NCBI GenBank assembly: GCA_043776915.1
Contig: JAYVQT010000038.1
Location: 1 to 49,856 of the forward strand
Source of the DNA: Minisyncoccota bacterium
GTDB lineage: Bacteria > Patescibacteriota > Minisyncoccia > Phycocordibacterales > UBA9973
DNA: 49,856 nt
Reading direction: 5' to 3'
The notes below the pieces were generated by a model. The model was not told the DNA's origin and did no database searches. It was given only the letters and a program-made list of their open reading frames with translations. Below, in pieces: positions 46,656 to 49,856 of the stretch (position 1 is its first letter; every line of letters begins with the position of its first letter). The position numbers and the translations under genes were made by a program.

Positions 46656-48911
46656 TTATTTACATACTGTTCCTTTGAGTTGTGTCGTTAATATTTTTAT
46701 AGTACCAGTGCTATCGACACAATATGCAGTTGTCGGGTCGCTTGCAAGAGGGGCTGAAAGTGCCCAGTCATTCGAAGTTGAGTAGCACGATAGGGCTCCA
46801 TTTGTAAGATCAAGGATATCTTTCATACTACGTGCAATGTTGCCAACTGCGGTATTAGCGCCCTTTGCATGACCAACTGGTGAAAAGAGTGAACTTGGAT
46901 TCGGATTCGTACAACTTCCTGTTGGATTACTACGCTTACCATACGTACCAGTTGCATTACGGAAAGTACTTGCAAGAGGTTTAAATGTTGAAACGAGATC
47001 TTTAATCTTCATATCAGTAATACTTTTTATAAAGTTTGCCATGCTTATTGAAGAGGTTGGCATTGATATAATATTAGGTAGATCAAAATCATAGTATGTC
47101 GTCTTCCACTCAAGAGAAACGACATTCCCCGCAATACCTTTATCCTCAAGTCCAATTACTTTTGAAAGCGGAATAGTCAGAGTAAACTTATACTGATGGA
47201 TAGTGCTATCATCTTTCCCTACCCATACTTCAAAGGTATCAAGAGTAGCAGCTCCAAGACTTTCAGACAATGTAGACTTTTCACCATCAGACAGACCTAC
47301 AACAAAAAAAGTTACGAACTGATTTAAGAATTTTTTTGTCGCTTCTCTGTCTGCGCTCAAGACGTAATGATACGTGGGCATACCTTTAATACTTTCGAAA
47401 TCTTTCTCGGTGACACTTGCCCTCGTCGCAAATTCCGCAAAGATTGCGTTTGTTTCAGTGGTAACATATGAAGGAAGTATCGTGGTGATCACTGTATCAA
47501 CATTAATTTTTTTTAACTTATCCTTTATGATAGCTGGCAGCAGATCAACAACAGGACTGAATTGTTGGCCTTTGGCAAGGATGACATTACTCTCTCCTGG
47601 CGCATTCGGACCAAGAAATTCAATAAGTGACGGAATGGTAATATATGCCATAGTATTACTATACTTTATAGTAGAAATAATATCGTTCTTAAAGAGTGAG
47701 CTCTTGAGTGTAGCAAGGTAGTCAAATGTGGGTACTGGTTGATTCGTATTATCAATAAGACCCTTTGCTGAAAGAGTTACAAAATCTTTATCTTTTGATT
47801 GTGTTGCTTGTCCATTAAGGAGACCGAGTGTGATATTAGCAATAGACGGAAATGAGATAGTTGCATTAGTCTCTACTTTATATGATTTTAGTTTACCAAG
47901 TATAATCGGAGCATTTACAAGTAATGCCTTAGGGTCTTTTTTTATAAACGAAGTATTAAAACGTGGCAACTGTATATACTTAGTCGCAAACGCAAAAATA
48001 ATACCTCCTATAAAACTTACAATCAGTATTATGAGCAGCCATTTTAATAATTTCTTTTTTGTATTTTTTGATACCTCTTTGTGAATTATCTCATCTTGCT
48101 TTTCTGAAGAAAGTAAAATTTTAGGATATGAGTAGAGAATGGCATTTTCTGGTACAGCATTAAAAGCCTTAACTACTTGTGATGTTGTAGTAACAAAACC
48201 AGATGGGAGCTTAATCTTGATTGGTGGCTCTATGACACTTTTAGGAGTGATAGTTTCTGGTGCTGGTACTTGCAAAGTAATCTTTGGTTTGAGAGTAGGA
48301 ATAAACTCTTGTTTTTGCGCTTCTAACTTAAATTCAGGGGCTTGAATTATTTGTAGTGATGAAGAAACGACAGTGGGAAACACAGCAGGAGTGACTACTG
48401 GAGTAGTTGGAAGTTGGGGTAAAAGAGTTTCTGTTTTTTGAGGAGAAACGTGAACCACTTTTGGATTCATCACTCCAAAATTTAGAGGTGCTTCGGTATG
48501 AATTTCTTTTTTAGGACTCTCTTTAAAGCTACTATTATTCGGTATATAATATGAAGTAACAGGAATCTTTGGATTTGCCTCACTGAAACTTGTAGCAAAT
48601 ATAGGCTTCACCGCTGATTCAGATTGTGGAGATACTGGTAGAGGAGTAAGCGGTTTTGCTGTTTCTATTTCCCCGGTATTAAGAGTTGGTAACTCACGAT
48701 AAAGATCAGGTTTTTTCTCTTCTTGTTTAACCTCCGGTTGCATAATATTCTGAGTAACGATAGGAACTTGAGGAGGTGTGAGTTTACGAAAAGCCTCATC
48801 GACATCATCACTATGCCAACCGACCCCAAGAAGTCTTGATATAATTATATCTTTGGATATTTTTTTTCGCAGTTGCGCTTGAATATATGCAATTAAATCA
48901 TCAGTGATCAT
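46656..48911 (-). CDS. Large bitopic membrane protein: Pro-rich cytoplasmic region, TM helix, extracytoplasmic beta-rich domain, Cys-containing pilin-like tail
   Basis: 751-aa ORF; KKKLLKW-hydrophobic TM; ends SCYST..WALSAPL....AYCVDSTG...VCK. Confidence 0.8.
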   Translation of the reverse strand: MITDDLIAYIQAQLRKKISKDIIISRLLGVGWHSDDVDEAFRKLTPPQVPIVTQNIMQPEVKQEEKKPDLYRELPTLNTGEIETAKPLTPLPVSPQSESAVKPIFATSFSEANPKIPVTSYYIPNNSSFKESPKKEIHTEAPLNFGVMNPKVVHVSPQKTETLLPQLPTTPVVTPAVFPTVVSSSLQIIQAPEFKLEAQKQEFIPTLKPKITLQVPAPETITPKSVIEPPIKIKLPSGFVTTTSQVVKAFNAVPENAILYSYPKILLSSEKQDEIIHKEVSKNTKKKLLKWLLIILIVSFIGGIIFAFATKYIQLPRFNTSFIKKDPKALLVNAPIILGKLKSYKVETNATISFPSIANITLGLLNGQATQSKDKDFVTLSAKGLIDNTNQPVPTFDYLATLKSSLFKNDIISTIKYSNTMAYITIPSLIEFLGPNAPGESNVILAKGQQFSPVVDLLPAIIKDKLKKINVDTVITTILPSYVTTETNAIFAEFATRASVTEKDFESIKGMPTYHYVLSADREATKKFLNQFVTFFVVGLSDGEKSTLSESLGAATLDTFEVWVGKDDSTIHQYKFTLTIPLSKVIGLEDKGIAGNVVSLEWKTTYYDFDLPNIISMPTSSISMANFIKSITDMKIKDLVSTFKPLASTFRNATGTYGKRSNPTGSCTNPNPSSLFSPVGHAKGANTAVGNIARSMKDILDLTNGALSCYSTSNDWALSAPLASDPTTAYCVDSTGTIKILTTQLKGTVCK

Positions 48912-48933
48912 ATCTTTAGTATATCATTTCAAA

Positions 48934-49506
48934 TTAAAATTCATATACATAAAGAGTATGCACAAGCTTGTATGGACTTCTTTTTAGATCTATCTCGTAG
49001 AGTGGTTGCTTAGTGGTGAATTTAAAACTTGCCGATACAAGCTTCGTACCTGGCTTTAATTCTGTATCAAACTTCGGTAATAAATCGTCCATAACAGTCG
49101 GATAAAGATACACAAAAATATGAGTTGCGTGAGACAGATTATGATGAAAAAAGTCTTGATTGATAATTTCTATCTCAGTACCTGTTGTCTTTTGATACCA
49201 CCACGCTCGTACACGTGCAAGAATTAATGGGAACTGACTATTCTCAATGCCGATATATCGAGCAGTAGGAACTACCTGTGACAAGTAGAAGAGTACCCGT
49301 CCTTCACCACAGCCAAGATCGTACACTACACTATCATCTCTCATATCGAGTGCTTCATATATCGGCTTTAGGACTGAATTCGGCACTGATATAAATGGTA
49401 CTTTTGACCTATAACCACTAACCATCCAGATCACAAGCAAGGCAAAAACAGTGAGTAATAGTATAAATGCAAACCATTCAAGAATATAAAATAAAAATAT
49501 AAGCAT
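48934..49506 (-). CDS. Membrane-anchored class I SAM-dependent methyltransferase
   Basis: VPFISVP, YDLGCGEGR, ELKPGTKLVS. Confidence 0.92.
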   Translation of the reverse strand: MLIFLFYILEWFAFILLLTVFALLVIWMVSGYRSKVPFISVPNSVLKPIYEALDMRDDSVVYDLGCGEGRVLFYLSQVVPTARYIGIENSQFPLILARVRAWWYQKTTGTEIEIINQDFFHHNLSHATHIFVYLYPTVMDDLLPKFDTELKPGTKLVSASFKFTTKQPLYEIDLKRSPYKLVHTLYVYEF

Positions 49507-49581
49507 AGGTTTTGAAAATTAAAAAGATACCAAATATACCACCAAAAAACCTTTGAGTTCTATTTTGGTGCTCTAATTATA

Positions 49582-49856
49582 CACTTTGCTCGAACTTTTT
49601 TTGAAGCGCAAAGTGACTAACTAATCGTGCATCCGTTGCGCTGAAGCGCCTCTGTGCGAAGCACAGAGCTTTTCCAAAAGGAAAAGGACGGAAGCACGAA
49701 TACAATACGGACTTGGTTTTGCGAAACTATTTTCTGGGAAAAGGATTCGCAAAACCTCGGCTACTTTCGGATTTCGCAAGCGGAGGAGGAAAGGGTCTGG
49801 GAAAGGAATCCTCCGCTTGCTCCATCCGTTTTCTTTTGGCGAAATTCGGGGCGGAC
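49582..49856. repeat. Structured non-coding element with multiple nested inverted repeats, probably truncated by the window end
   Basis: Hairpins CTCTGTGC-gaa-GCACAGAG, GGTTTTGCGAA/TTCGCAAAACC, GCAAGCGGAGGA/TCCTCCGCTTGC plus an imperfect enclosing stem; no long ORF. Confidence 0.7.

Noticed and set aside
1-49856. CRISPR array, rRNA, prophage or alternative genetic code
   Set aside because: No spaced direct repeats, rRNA-like tracts or phage genes seen; conserved genes translate full length in the standard code

Overview
Gene-dense, AT-rich bacterial chromosomal window using the standard genetic code. Gene content and order suggest Patescibacteria/CPR, probably Parcubacteria (inference from rplK without rplA, fusA without tuf, an EF-P with a TQQRK loop, a DUF5667-type partner of an ECF sigma factor, split ComEC, and Shine-Dalgarno-poor starts). 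It carries housekeeping genes (ftsK, recA, efp, secE-nusG-rplK, rpsL-rpsG-fusA, rpmB, rnhA, recJ, pgk, tpiA, mscL, tRNA-His). It also has a MacAB-like ABC exporter, split ComEC interrupted by a superoxide dismutase, a type IV pilus operon beside a DsbB/thioredoxin pair, a class Id-like ribonucleotide reductase whose beta subunit carries an ATP-cone, a three-domain GH130 plus mannose-6-P isomerase cluster, an ECF sigma/anti-sigma pair and a VKOR. No CRISPR array, rRNA, prophage or transposase is visible. The strongest leads are a multibranched structured element at the right edge, orphan cassettes with consensus promoter and terminator (one encoding an unannotated 36-aa membrane peptide), Lys-rich N-terminal tails sharing KKVLTK on unrelated enzymes, the GH130 cluster, the non-canonical EF-P loop and widespread leaderless promoter architecture. 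Family calls come from motif recognition, not database searches.
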